A stretch of DNA of 64,000 bases from Chrysomallon squamiferum (GCA_012295275.1 CM022668.1:15066001-15130000); one strand, 5' to 3'; numbered from the stretch's first letter, positions 29,826 to 44,646 are shown. Program-made: numbers and translations. The notes: generated from the sequence alone by a model not told the origin.

Positions 29826-31797
29826 TTCTTTCTTTATTATTATTAATATCAGAGGCAACGTTTTGTATAAATTTTTAACCCTATATCATAATGTACTAAG
29901 CTGTGATTTAAGGAAAGCAACAATTAGTGAATGTGGTTTTTAAGACTGTGTAAAAGTTCACAATTAGTTTTTTTATTTATTTATTTGTTTGTGTTTGTTT
30001 GTTTGTTAATAAAACTAAATAAATAGATAGTATTCATAAATAATGACGGAAACTGGAATTAGCTTTCTATGCAATTATAATGATAATGATGTTGATAATC
30101 ATGATAATGATGACAGATGATGATGATGATGATGACAATAATAATAATATTAATAATAATAGTAATTGCAGTAGTACTGGTAGTACTAATAGTAATTATA
30201 ATACTAGCAGCAGTAGTAGTAATAATAATAAAAATGAAGACGATGATGATGATAATGATGACAGCAACAGCAGCAACAACAATAACAATGAATACATAAA
30301 CTATATAAAAAAAATAATAAATAAATATAAGAAAGAAGTAGAAAAATAAAACTTATTCTAAAACAGTTTTTATATTTCAACTTTAAGCTCACTACAACAA
30401 GCTTTGTCTAATAATATAATAATTAACAACTGATAGAAAACAGTGTTTATAATATTAACATCAGCAGTGTTTAATACATTCATTCAATCAATATGCTACT
30501 ACTGTGGTCGATTAAAACTAAAGCTAAAAAATTCCAGGACACCAGTGAAGCTGTGAGTTTTGGAAGACGCGCCGAGTGTTTATAGAATTTTTAATATTTC
30601 TATTTTCAGTCGATGATAATTGTTCCACCACCTGTAAAACTTACTAAAGATCAGATTGACTTGAAAAGTTGCTAAATGTATAATACGAAATATCACAAGA
30701 ATTTTTTTTTTCTGGATGTTTCCCAAATTTTTCAACTTGCAGGCTAAACCGGTTACTTTAAAATGCTACGCTTAACTTTGAGTCATGATGGAGAAATGAA
30801 AGTTGCGCAATTTGTACTCTTTAATACAGCAGTACCCTCTGTTTTCTGAAAACCTTTAAAGACGTATAAACTAAAACTCATATATTAGTTTTTCTGAGTA
30901 ACTAATTTCGTAAAAATGCTCGAAGGATATTTATATTTTTTTTTTTTTCAGAGCATTTTTATTTATTCTTTTCGTTTTGCGACATCTAAAGAATTTTATT
31001 TAAAGTATTTTTTTTTTTTTCTGAATAAATGTAAAAGTTTAGTAAAACATATCGAATGTCTGTGCAAATTTTGATTTATATAACATGATTCATTCTGAAC
31101 AAAAGAATAAATGACATTTATTACAACAAGAACTTTCGCGTTGCATGAAAATCCTATAAAAATTTATTAGTCAGCTAGTTGATAATGGATGAAAACGCTA
31201 GGATGCTTTTTAAAAAAATTATTATCATTATATTATTACTTTAAAAAAAAAAAAAAAAAACTCGAGATTTTAATGTTAAGAAAATGCCAAAATATTGTCA
31301 GGTACAGCTACTGTCAGATATATGATATATGATATACGTTTCATATATCACCAGTGACGTAATGATTCAGAATTGAAATGCATTATTTATTAGGAGGCGT
31401 GTTCTATCAGATATTAAAATATAGTGCACTTTTCCAGTGAAGTCACATTTGTAATAATTTACAGTTCAAATGCATTATTTATCTGTACGTACATAACCTG
31501 CCTGCTATCTAGATGCAGTTTACCAATTACGATGATTATATTTGTAATAAAACAAATCCATATCTGTCTCTCTATCTCTCTATCTCTCTCTCTGTCTATC
31601 TCTGTCTCGCTCTCTTATATATATATATATATATATAATCTACTTAACCAAATAAACAGACGAATTACGGTAACGAAATCAAATCAGACAGCAAGGAATA
31701 TTTGTAATAAAATGACATGTCCTGGTCCTAAGGGAATTTTGAAATTAATATCATATCAAATTATTTATCGTCTGCTTCGATCGTCTGCTGCAGCCTC

Positions 31798-31829
31798 TTA
31801 CGTCACAGCAGCCCAGTGCTATTTTTAGA
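31798..31829. promoter_or_regulatory. CRE/ATF-like + MEF2 composite element
   Basis: TTACGTCA (31798-31805) and GTGCTATTTTTAGA (31816-31829), the latter identical to 11584-11597. Confidence 0.5.
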
Positions 31830-32055
31830 TCATTGTGCATTTTTAATGTGTTTCGTGAGATTTAAATACGGATCATGTGTAGACGTAGTTAGAAAAGAAA
31901 TGACAATTGATACAGCAAAGAAACGTAACCAGTATATTAATTTTAAAAAAAAAAAAAAAAAACACATAACACAATAAATAAATAAAATAAAACAAAATAA
32001 AATAAACGAGCAAATAATAATAATAATAGTAGTAGTAGTAGTAGTAATAGTAAAG

Positions 32056-32102
<47 letters not shown>

Positions 32103-32192
32103 GTAAGTAATGAATGGGTATCATTATACGCATTACGCCACCACCCAGAACAGAACCCGATACCCTACTGACACAAAGAGACATAAACTCAC

Positions 32193-32330
32193 CGACACTT
32201 GTTAACCTATATTTTTTGTATTCTTCAAGTCTTAAAATTAACCGAGATTAGCTTTATCTGGTCGCCATGGCAACAGCAGGTAAAACGAGGTGCGTCTCGC
32301 GATTCGAGATAAGCACGATCACGTGACGTG
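32193..32330 (-). promoter_or_regulatory. Candidate RFX-driven promoter with short non-coding first exon
   Basis: X-box GTCGCCATGGCAAC (32261-32274), TCACGTGA (32319-32326), minus-strand donor TCG|GTGAGT with last exon base 32193. Confidence 0.45.
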
Positions 32331-32410
32331 TCGTTTTTGAAATGTTGCAGTTATTTATTAACAATTTTTTTAAAAACGATGACGTTCGCTGATATAATAG
32401 TAATAATAAC

Positions 32411-32442
<32 letters not shown>

Positions 32443-32704
32443 TAGTAATCATAATAATAATAATAATAATAATCTTAAATTTTGTTTTAATATTTAAAAT
32501 TATTATTTGTGATTATAATTAAGAACTTTGTAAAAAAAAAATTATTTTCTATTATTATTTTTTTGTTTATTTAATTGCTGTTTTATAGTTGTACATATAA
32601 CTACAACAACAACAACTCCATCAACACCACCAACACCACCACCAACAGTTTGATGATGTTCATTACGCTGTCACATACCTCTATTATCACATAACCAGAA
32701 CTAA

Positions 32705-32827
32705 GATGTAATATCACTGATACTGTTATTTCATAAACTCTTACCTCTACACATTATACCAAGATAACAACAACAACAACAACAATAACAACAACAACAA
32801 TAATAACAATGATAATAATAATAATAA
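32705..32827 (+). repeat. Dispersed ~63-bp repeat with (AAC/AAT)n tail, copy 2
   Basis: Differs from 29686-29748 at three positions. Confidence 0.85.
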
Positions 32828-33129
32828 CACTGTTATTATTATAAACGTAATCTCATCATAATCATCATCATCATCATTATTATTACCTGTAAAATTAACA
32901 GATACACCTTCTGTCTACTACACAACTGGATCTTTTAACAAAATACGCGTTTACGCACGCACGCAACGCAACGCACGCACGCAACGCTCACACACACACA
33001 AAAAACACACGAACTACCATTCTGAACAGAAATGAACGTGTATATATATATATATATATATATCGATTAAATTAATTCAAATTTAAAAAAAAATAAAAAT
33101 AAAAATAACGAAGGACGTCCACTACTTAC

Positions 33130-33317
33130 GGCGACAATCCTGAATAGTGGGAGACGCTGTCGTAGGCCGACGGCGTACTCGACGCTGACGTCAGTCGAAT
33201 GGTGTGCTCCAGGTGCTCCCCCACCTCGGAGCCCCTCCTGATGCTGCTCCTAGCCGCTGTGCCCCGGTCCGCGCCTGACGCCGCCAACTCCCCGAAGAAC
33301 CTCACCATCGACGGCAT
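33130..33317 (-). CDS. Candidate alternative first coding exon: MPSMVRFFGELAASGADRGTAARSSIRRGSEVGEHLEHTIRLTSASSTPSAYDSVSHYSGLS(P), phase-2 end
   Basis: Strongly GC-rich, codon-like island; 62 codons + CC followed by consensus donor GTAAGT (33129-33124). The TAA stop in the ORF track lies inside that donor. Product not recognised. Confidence 0.6.
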
Positions 33318-33938
33318 CACGCCCTTCTGATGAACGACGCCCGTGGGTCGGGGGAGAAACCGGGAAGCAGAGGACACGCCCCGAACTCACACATCCGTCC
33401 GTGAACGAGCGAGCGAGCGAGCGAGAGAGTAACAGACGTTTTGCGCTTGAAGTAGTAGTAGTAGTTCCAGGATGTCGGAGAGAGATATATATATATGTAT
33501 AAATATATATATATATATATATACGTACACGCGTTCCACACACAACTCTTCGAAACACTGGCGCGAGGTAAGTTTAGCAAGCGAGGCAGGCAAGCAAGCA
33601 AGCCGCTACTTCAGCTGAAGGTTGTTGAATAAATAAAAATAAAATAGAAAAAAAAAAAAGAAAGATGGTGAAGGAATCGGCCTAGAGAGGTTGGTGGTTT
33701 TTTTTTTGTGTGTGTGCTCTACCGCTTGGTGTTTGGATAATGTTTGATGTCGGAATCTTTCTCTCTCTCGTGCTCTAGATCCGCGCCTGCTTGCTTGTTT
33801 ACGCGTGCGATGTATGATGGTACAAAGCGAACTGGTGGAGAGCTAGGTAATGGGGCACTTTTTTTTTTCTTCTTTTTTTTTTTTTTTTTTCGCTTTAGCG
33901 AGGAGCGTAAGTGGTAGGCAAAGCTGCAACAGGAGGAG

Positions 33939-33974
<36 letters not shown>

Positions 33975-34218
33975 CAGTGGTTCAACGTGTTTTTTTTTTC
34001 AACGAACCAGCTCTAAAGAAACTTTCTCTTCACTCACTGAAAAACCTTGCACACAGACACAAGACGGAAACGAAGCGGCCGTTAAATGGTTGAGAGAGAA
34101 GAAGGTGAAATAAAGAAGAAGAAAAAAAAGAAAAAAAAAAAAAAAAAAAAAAGAACAACAATTTCTCGATAGGTGAACGGTGGAAAAATAAGGATAAGCA
34201 TTAAGTTGAGAAAAACAG

Positions 34219-34254
<36 letters not shown>

Positions 34255-34357
34255 AAGCGAGAGACGCCAAACTTCTGCCAACTCGTTTCGCTTCTTTACA
34301 GTCGAAGGAATTTTGGTTTGACGTGTGCGTGTGTGTGTCTGTGTGTGTGTGTGTGTC

Positions 34358-34389
<32 letters not shown>

Positions 34390-34716
34390 TGTGTGTGTGT
34401 TTGTTTCTCTCCTCTCGTTAATTTCACGTGTATGCTAGTCTGTCTGTCTGTTTGTTTGTTCGATGGAAGTTTGCGTTGGCTGAGAGTGGGTATGTATTAA
34501 AGTAAACTGATTTAAGAAATGCGCTTCTGTAATTTGATAGCTCGCGTTTTAGTACGTACGTGGCCAGTCTCACAGGCGAGAACTGCACGCGTGTTTCACG
34601 AGCGTGCGCTGCCAAATGTTTTAATGATTAACAAGTTTTACCTACACACACAGCCCGAGGAATTCACACACCAGTCCGGTTTGTTAGTGGAAATTATTAG
34701 AGTTATGTCTGTGTGC

Positions 34717-35028
<312 letters not shown>

Positions 35029-35617
35029 GAATTAGGCTTGCTGTTTGTTTTGATCCCCTCAACTTTGGTGAAAACACTGTTATTATTAGTGTTAATCTTC
35101 CAAACTGTTAATTATTATTATCCTATTATTATTAATATCCATGGCAACAGTCAACAACAAATATTATCCACAATATCCATAACACTTTTATTGCTAGCAG
35201 CATGAAAATAAATATTCATGTAAGAACCAGCATAATCATCATATATAATTATAGCTGTGATTACAATCATCGTTATCATCATTATCAATACTATAAACAT
35301 CATCATGATAATTGTAAATATAACAATGTTTGTTTCGGTACCATCATCATCATCAGCAGCAGCAGCAACATCATGAAAATCATCATAATTAAAAAAAAAA
35401 TTTTGGCAAACAAAAATAAAAATACTAGTTTAGCCTTTTTCATCTTAATTATGAATATTATCATCGTTAACGTCACCATATATTTATAAATAACAAAAAC
35501 ATCTATTCGCTTTATTCTTCTTCAGAAAAAAAAAAATATATATCAGTATCATTATAATCATCATTAACGTCGTCATAATTATCAACAACAAATATATACG
35601 TATTTTTGTCTTTATCG

Positions 35618-35648
<31 letters not shown>

Positions 35649-36035
35649 TATCTACAGCATCTCTGACAGCACGGTTGTTAACGGTGGTTAACTACGTCTC
35701 ACTGACAGTCGACTGTTTTCAGAATGTGGATAATTAAATGTTATCACAGACACAAAGATGAGAAATGCGAAACCTGTAGCGTCGTCTTGTTCTCTGCCAA
35801 AGACGTTTTTAGCTGTGGAAAACATCAACAGAAAACAGTCCCATCATTGCACGCGTTAATCACGTGCTGGTTTTGTTGATGTTGCATAATGTTGTGCTTT
35901 AGTGTATTTTTATGATCGCTTTGAAAGTAACGTTTTTTTTTTTTTTTTTTTTTTCCTATAAAAAAAATACCCTTTAAAATAAATAATTAAATACATATTA
36001 TATATATATATATTTTTTTAAAACGATGACGTTCG

Positions 36036-36079
<44 letters not shown>

Positions 36080-36717
36080 GTTTTATATAAAATGAAATGG
36101 TATCAGATGAAATTAAATAAATAAATAAATAAATAATAAAAATACAGCTGGCTAGATAGTTAGATAGATAAAAAGATTTGAGTGGAAATGAAGCTTTTAT
36201 TATCGCATATTTTTAAAGCATTGCCAGGAAAAATAACATAATTAATTTAAAAAATATATATATATATGTGTATTATTATATATACTGTAAATACAAATAT
36301 CCATTATAACCACTATGTATGAAAATCGCGTTTCTTCTAAAAAATCCTGAACTTTTTCTAATCATTAAATCTTCACGTTGGTTAATACTATCTGAAAAAT
36401 GCAGGAAACATTAAACTCCAATTACTTTCTGCCTCATTACGAAAGGGTAATTAGTTGATAATTATTATTTGCATCAAGTTAGTTACGGTAATTATCATTA
36501 ACATTCGGTTTACCTTGAACGAAGACGGTCGAGGTGTGTGTTTGCTGCGGAACTGAAACATCAACCAATCAGCTGAGCTTGTTTATTTACGTTTTTCTGC
36601 CTTGTTTGTTGTTTACTTTGTTACTACGAGTAACAATGAATGCAGTGATGTGGTAATAACTTTACGACAAAAAAAAAAAAATTTAAAAAAATTAAAATTA
36701 ATAATAATAATAATAAC

Positions 36718-36800
<83 letters not shown>

Positions 36801-38417
36801 AAATAAATAAATGAAAAATATAGTTATTGGTTAATAAAAATACTAATTTTTAATTGTTGGTTTTTGAGATGACATCGTGTAATAACGTTAATAGATAAAA
36901 TATACATAAAATAAGTACACTTTTAATAGTTCTACCAAATGTTACAGTGTGTTTTAATTTTCTTTTTAAGGTTCTGTTTTTTTGGATATAAGATATGAGC
37001 ATTAACGCATGTTTGTCTTGTGCGTGGGTGTGCGTGAGTGAGTGAGTGAGTCAGTGAGTGAGTTTGGGAATGTCTGCGTGTATTTGTTAGATGAATGTTT
37101 CTGAATGGTGTGTATTTATGTGTTACTAAATATTTTACTTTCTGCACAACATACACACACACGCACACACAAATTCATACAAACACACACACACACAGAC
37201 AAATATTTTTTTTTATTATTATAAATTAAATAAACATAACGCCATCATAAAAAAAGAAACAAATTAATAAAAAAAAAAAAAAGAACTTCATTAATATCAA
37301 TATTTTATTTTACCAAACATTTTTTTTTTTTTTTTTTTTTTTTAGAAATATGAATCGTTAAACTAAGCCAGGATCACTTTCGAGTGTAATTAATCTCCAA
37401 TATCACATCAGTCACAGTTTTTTTTGTTTTCCAAATTACAATTTCCATTATCTTTTTTTGTCCACTATAGATTTTTCTCTGCACTATTATAACGTTTTAA
37501 TGTAAGAGATTTTTAACTTATGTTCATGTCTCGTTCGACTGCATTGGCTTTCACATGTTTTATTGGGATATGGATTTTTGTAAACGAAAGCGAAGACATG
37601 AGATTTTGAAATATTTGCCAGTTTTATTGATTTTCGCTTGTGTATGAAACAAGATAATCTGGCACAATGTAAACCAGTGCTCGAATGATCATCAACAAAT
37701 TCCTCACTAAACTGAATAAAGATAAAAATCGAGTAACAGAGAGATAGAAAAAAAAAATAATAAAATAACAAAAATAAAGAATTTAAAAATGTCAAAATGA
37801 AGAATTTTAAAAAGGGAAAAAAAAAAACGTGAAGAAAAAAAGGGTATAAAAAGAAAATGAAGTTTAAAAATGAATTTTAAAATAAGTTAAGAATAAGAAT
37901 TTATAAAACAGGGTGAAAAAAAAGATCTCTAAATGGATAAAGAATTAAAAATAAAGAAGTAAAGAAAATGAATTTATGAAGAGATAAAAGCCTGCAAAAA
38001 GAATTTAGAAAAAAAAAAAAAGACGAGTTAAAATAAATAAATTAAAAGTTGAGAATTTCAAAACGAGAAAAGAAATGAAAAAGTACGTAAAGATAACAAA
38101 GTAAAAAAAAAAAGAACTGTAAAAGGGAAGAAACTCGAGAATGTTTAAAAAGAGAAAAGTAAAGAAGCAAAAAAAAAAAAATAAAATAAAGATTTTAAAA
38201 GGAAAAAAGAATTTCAAATTCATAAGCATGTTACTGATTCAGAGCATTAGAATAAGAACTCGTTATAAAATGGTTGAAAGGGATTCTAAAGATCTTGTGT
38301 AAAAATTTAATAATACAAAACAAAAATAATAAAATAAAAGCATAGTAAGCACATTTTAAATAGAGTAATACTCATAGCTAAGGAATACACAGACAAAAGA
38401 TAGATAGACAGACAGAC

Positions 38418-38456
<39 letters not shown>

Positions 38457-38491
38457 CAAAGAGATAGACAGATACAGACAGATAGACAGAC

Positions 38492-38522
<31 letters not shown>

Positions 38523-38958
38523 GATATGGACAGACAGACAGAGAGGGTAAATGATGCATAGAAATACTCGTCTGAAATCTGTAGCAAAAAACTGTCAAGC
38601 TATTTCTATCATGTACTTTTCTATACGACGAAGTCATTAAACTTTTATACCGTTATAAACAGATACTTAACATTATGAATATTCATTGACATAAATATTT
38701 ATAAAATAGATCCCGTATTAAACAATGATGAATTATACATTTTATACCCATGTTACACTCAGCTTATTAAAGTAACAAAGACATCATTTACATTATAGAA
38801 ATGCTAATAAAAACTCACAAAAAAAGTATCTAATTTAAATATGTCGAGTATAATAAAAATAAGAAAATATATGTGTTATAAATATGTGAATTTAATTTTC
38901 TTTTATTCAGTTGTTACAAGCAGATGTACACTAAGATGATAGATGGAGGATGTGTGTG

Positions 38959-39060
<102 letters not shown>

Positions 39061-39637
39061 GAAAGATACAGACAGACAGACAGACAGACAGACACAGAGT
39101 GATGTGTATAGATACACACAGAGTGATGTGTATAGATTCACACAAAAATACACACGTACGTCTACTGTGTATATTTTTATATAAACGGAACACAGAGAGA
39201 AAAAATCCCGGCATAAAAACAGACTCAAACAGTATGTAATTCAAACTACACCCCCAAGACTAAGAACACATTTATTTTCACAAACACAAAAAAAAAAAAA
39301 AAAAAATCCACCCAGAGAACTAAATCTATACATCGCTGTTACATCACTACTGGCGACTTCTGAACTGCTACCAATTTATTAAGATTAATAAAGAGCGAGG
39401 ACGCCAGCGGGTTCCAAGGAGATAAGGTCTTATTCGATTTCTGTTCTCCGAGTGAGGACTGGAATTACCAATTGTTAAACCGCTGGAGCACGGTGCTGAT
39501 TTTGTGCTTGCCGCGAATCCACCACTTTATTAATGTTGTTTTAAACGAAGGTCGCATCAAACAGCGCTCTGTAAATGTCATAAGGTGTTTCAGCATTGCA
39601 GCAGCTACGGCCTTGACATCTTTGCGGCGGACTTCTG

Positions 39638-39674
39638 TGACGTCACCGCTGTCGCCTGTGACGTCATTACGTGA
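39638..39674. promoter_or_regulatory. Tandem CRE pair
   Basis: TGACGTCA at 39638 and 39659, both in CTGTGACGTCA, 21 bp apart, followed by TTACGTGA. Confidence 0.6.
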
Positions 39675-41200
39675 CAGCGATTTTTAGTGGAGTTTAAAAA
39701 TAATAATAATAACGGGTGTGTTTCTGAGTTGGTTTTTGTAACGTGGTTTTGTAACTGCGACATTTAATTTAATTCAAAAATATAAAAAAATGGATCTGTG
39801 ACATGGTTATTCGATTGAAACATTAAATGTATTTTGAAATTTAGAAGTAAAATCGTTTAATGTATTTTGAAAATATAGAAATCGATTTGTGACATCGTTC
39901 TGCGATTGAAACACTTGATGTATTTACAGTTTAAAAATGAAAACATTTAATGTATTTTAAAACTATGACATCAGATCGATATATATATATATGAGTGGTT
40001 TTACAAAGACATTTTTACGTATTTTAAAACGATAAAAAGCGATATATTTCTGAAGATCTGTCTTCTGAATTATGGACATAATACAAACAGTTATTATTAT
40101 TTATTATACAAATTTTGTAAAACATATTTGAGAAGAACAGCATCATTATTTTTTGCAAGAAGAATGAAAACTGAACAGTTCTGGACCATTAATGAGAGCA
40201 CGAAAGAGAAAGCGAGAATAGACGAGAATAAAAGAAAGAAAGAAAAAGAAAGGGAGAAGACAGAGAGAAACGAGAGAATGAAGAAAGAAAGAAGCAATGC
40301 AAGAAAAAAGGAGAGATTGAGAAAGCACATAGTAAATTAAAATGATAACTTCTGTTAATTATGTTTGTTATTATTTCATCATCATCATCATCATCATGAT
40401 CATCATCACTACGTAAGTATTATCCGTATTGTACATTAATTAGTTCTCTCCTACAAGTACTACAACAACCAGACCCTGGTATGGGTATATATATATATAT
40501 ATATATACGTCTACGTTTGTGACAACAGCAACAACAACTACGACAACGACAGGGTGATAACGACCTCGCAAACATCGCACACAACGGTTAATCCCCCTCC
40601 AGTCCGTGTTGCGTGTTTCGCCAGTTCGTTCCCAGGACGTAATTGCTGATTACACTTCACAATGTCACTCATAATAACACAGGGCAAAGTGCAATCGATT
40701 CACCGGGGCTCCACTAGTATTTTTCTCTTCAGCTTTTTGCCCTGCTTGGGTAAAACGATTTCAAACGCTTTCAAAATGGTGAAAATCGCTGCATTTTTTT
40801 TTTTTTTTTTTTCTTTTTTTTTCTTTTTTCTGATCAATCCGATTCGTTTTCGGAATATTATCGATATAAAGAAACAGCATTGCTGTGAAACTTTTCCTCC
40901 AGTAACCCAGACGTTTTTCGTAATAATAATAATATTATTATTGTTATTGTTATTTTAATGAGAACTTATTTCACAAGATGTGTGAACTACGCTTTTGTAT
41001 TGCACACACTGATAGATCATCTGCACTGACAGGGTAAAACCCCATCGCGTGATGGGATAACGAGTTTTATTGCACGAAGATAACAGATTTCTTTTATTTG
41101 TGTGTGAAATAAGAGGTATTTATTTTTCGTGACGATGTAATGGTTAAATTACGACGTATTACAGCATATTAACAGAGCACTACTTTGGAGATATGATTTA

Positions 41201-41275
<75 letters not shown>

Positions 41276-42373
41276 ACAAACACACACACATACACACACA
41301 CAGATAACAAAATTAAAATTTAAAAATAAAACAGATATATATATAGAAAAAGAAAAATTTAAAAAATAATAACAGGAAGAAGAAGAAGAACAAGAAGAAG
41401 AAGAAGAAGAAGAAGAAGAAGAAGAAGAAGAAGAAGAAGAAGAAGAAGAAAAAGAAGAAGAAGAAAACCAAACATACCTCCTAAAAATCAAAAACCAAAC
41501 AACAAAGAGTCAAGAAAAAAGAGAAAAGATCGATTGTTATGTATTAAGCTGTTTATTTATAAATTCAGCGATTATTTTAACCAGAGTTCTGTCTAAGAGA
41601 ATTGTTGCATATCAGATCTGTTTCATTCAAGCTTTTGTTTTCATAATCCCCTGGGAACCCCCGTTAAGCTACAAACAAAAGCAATAAAATATTCATATTT
41701 ATACGAACGACAAGCTTGTTGTTTAGCTATGAATACATTTCCTTCGTCTATTTATGGAAACAAAAATAAATTCGTTTAGAAAACCGTTTCAGAACCGCGG
41801 TCCAGTTTCAGGTGAAAGGAAACGAAAATAACAAGTTTGTGATTCGTATAAACATGAATATTTTATTGCATTTGTTTGTAGATCTTATTATTATTATTAT
41901 CATTATCATCAACATTATTAACAGTAGCTGCTGTAACAATAATTGTAGTAGTAGCCGTCGTAATATTAATGGTAGTAGTAGGAATAGTAATAGTAGTAAT
42001 AGTAGTAGTAGTAGTAGCAGTAGTGATAGTAACAGTAGTAGTAGTATAGCAGCAGTAGCAGCAGCAGTAGTAGTAGTAATAATAGTAACAGTAGTAGCAG
42101 TAATAATAGTAACAGTAGTAGCAGTAATGGTAATGGTAATGGTAATAATCGTTATGGAAGTGAATGTCAACAAAGGCACTTGTAGAGAAAAGAAAATAAT
42201 CTCCTATGGATACTGAAAGACACAGAAAAGCGCTCGACTCCGGCGAACTGTGGTGTGTGGGAATCTCGTTGGAGGAGGAATCAATATGCTGCCTCGGACC
42301 AAATGACGGCGAACACACATTATATCTGATAATTACATAATGAAATATTGTAATAGCCCGCGGCTGTATCGCG

Positions 42374-42461
<88 letters not shown>

Positions 42462-42613
42462 CCCTCGTAGGTTCAGGCTGACCTAAAGACCTTTTTATCA
42501 GAGCTTTACGTTGTGAAGTGATTATCGCAATGTTTGGAGTCATGAATCATGTTTAGCGGCGAAGTCTTCAGGATTTGAAGCGGCTTAGAGACGAGAATGG
42601 TGTCTCGACTGTA

Positions 42614-42691
42614 CTGAGACAGGACTGAATGATGTCGCGATCATTCTGAGACAGGACTGAATGATGTCTCGATCATTCTGAGACAGGACTG
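42614..42691. repeat. 32-bp tandem repeat (2.4 copies) with internal inverted repeat
   Basis: CTGAGACAGGACTGAATGATGTC(G/T)CGATCATT at 42614, 42646, partial at 42678. Confidence 0.93.
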
Positions 42692-42777
42692 GCGTATTTC
42701 TTATGACGTTATAGCTTTGATTTTAGTTTGTTTGTTTTGAAAACACTTTTTTAAAATATTGGCCACGTCTCCAAATG

Positions 42778-42808
<31 letters not shown>

Positions 42809-43141
42809 AAAGAATATATGTTTTGGTGACGTGCTTAAAATATAAGTCAAAGATGCTTATCCTTTCTGGCTTTATAATCTTCATTTGCCCTGTTTACGTA
42901 GTCACATCATTATATGGAGTTATGATTAATGCTTACTGGCAGCGTAGGAAAGATTTGAAGCAACTTAAAAATAAGAATGATGTATCTTAAAATGAGGCAA
43001 GGGCAAAATATTTCAGATGCTGTTACAGCTGCTAATACAGACTTATTTTTGGTGCTGTGTTTAGTAGAATATTTAACGAAATATAAATAAATAATGTGTC
43101 TTGGTGATAGTGTATTTAAAATACGATGTGATTATATATTT

Positions 43142-43193
<52 letters not shown>

Positions 43194-44503
43194 AGAAAAG
43201 TCAATATATGACCAATGGCTGAATGAATTGAAGCTGCTTAGGGTGAAGAGATATTTATTAGTGATATTTACATATTTTGAAAGTAATCTCATGAAGCTTT
43301 AACGGTTTTCTATCCCCAATTATTATTACTTTTAATTTTGTTTTTAAATATTTAGAGTATAAATTAATTAATATATTGCATAGAAAGGCGAATAATTTTT
43401 CTTTTGGTAATGTGTACAATCAATGTTAAGTTTACATTAGTGATGAAACAGTCCATAATTACAAACTGACCCTATATTCCTGTTTTCATTTCTATTTCTT
43501 TTTTTAAATTAATTAATTAATTAATTTATTTATTTATTTTTATTGTCAACTGATTATTAAAATGTGTAGAAAAAAATGACTGGAAGATGGACAGGGTGCG
43601 AAAATTCTGCAAATTTATAAAGCAGGTTTCTCATCATTTAAGAACATTTTCTCCATTGTTTTAAAGCGTCGATACCTAATCACACTGCGTAGCAATAACA
43701 GTTATGTCTATTAACGTGTCTGCAAGATGGAAAACACAGATAGGAAAAGAAATATTTACCAAGCACAACAACTGGTCGATACAGAGCTAATGGTGATTGC
43801 TGATAATGGCAAGACAATTCTATTACGCTAGCAAACTCATCCAGTGGCTTCGTTATCGCAAATGTTTTGCAACCTGGATGTTCTCAGTTCGCGTCTCTGC
43901 GGTGACTCTCAAACAATCGAAAGGTCTGTGATAAACAGACACATAAACAAACACACATGCAGACGTACACACACACACACATATACATCCACACAAATAC
44001 GTACAATCATGTATATTCATACACATATACATAAAAGGATATACATACGTATAAAAACATACAAATGAATATATGTGCATATACACAGATACACCTGCAT
44101 ACATATGAATTATACAAACATAGACACGCGCACACACGCGCACACAAACGCAAACAAAATGATACCTATAAATGCACACAGTAGAAAACCTGTATACAAT
44201 CAAAATCAGTCTAAAAACAGAATTTAATACAGAATGTGCGACGACTTGGAATGAAAAAAAAGAGCAATTTAAAGGCAATTATTAATGTATAGCAACATCA
44301 TCCCGTTACTAATCTAAATATTAATACCAGCTAAATCTAAAATCATCTTAACGCGATCGCTTGCAACAACGCAACAGAACAGAACAGAACAACCAAACGT
44401 TTTGGGGCCCGATTTTTTCATCACACAAATCATCTAAGCACTGAGATTTCTCACACATGACATAATAATAAATTAACTCGCGTAACCAACGACAACAACC
44501 CAC

Positions 44504-44646
44504 CTGGCCATGGCGTGGTGATCCGAGCCGCTACCTCCCGCTCGGCTTCTGGATCGTCCCCCGATGCTCCCCAACTGCTCACCGCCCCTCTCCATGTAAT
44601 GAAACAGCGCCATCTCTACTGTCGAGTTGTGCTTACCTCGCGCCAT
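44504..44646 (-). CDS. Candidate alternative first coding exon: MARGKHNSTVEMALFHYMERGGEQLGSIGGRSRSRAGGSGSDHHAMA(R/S), phase-2 end
   Basis: GC-rich island; ATG in good context (GTCATGG), second in-frame ATG at 44613; 47 codons + AG then donor GTGGGT; CRE pair 120-150 bp upstream. Caveat: a competing strong phase-1 donor GAG|GTAAGC at 44637/44636. Confidence 0.5.
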
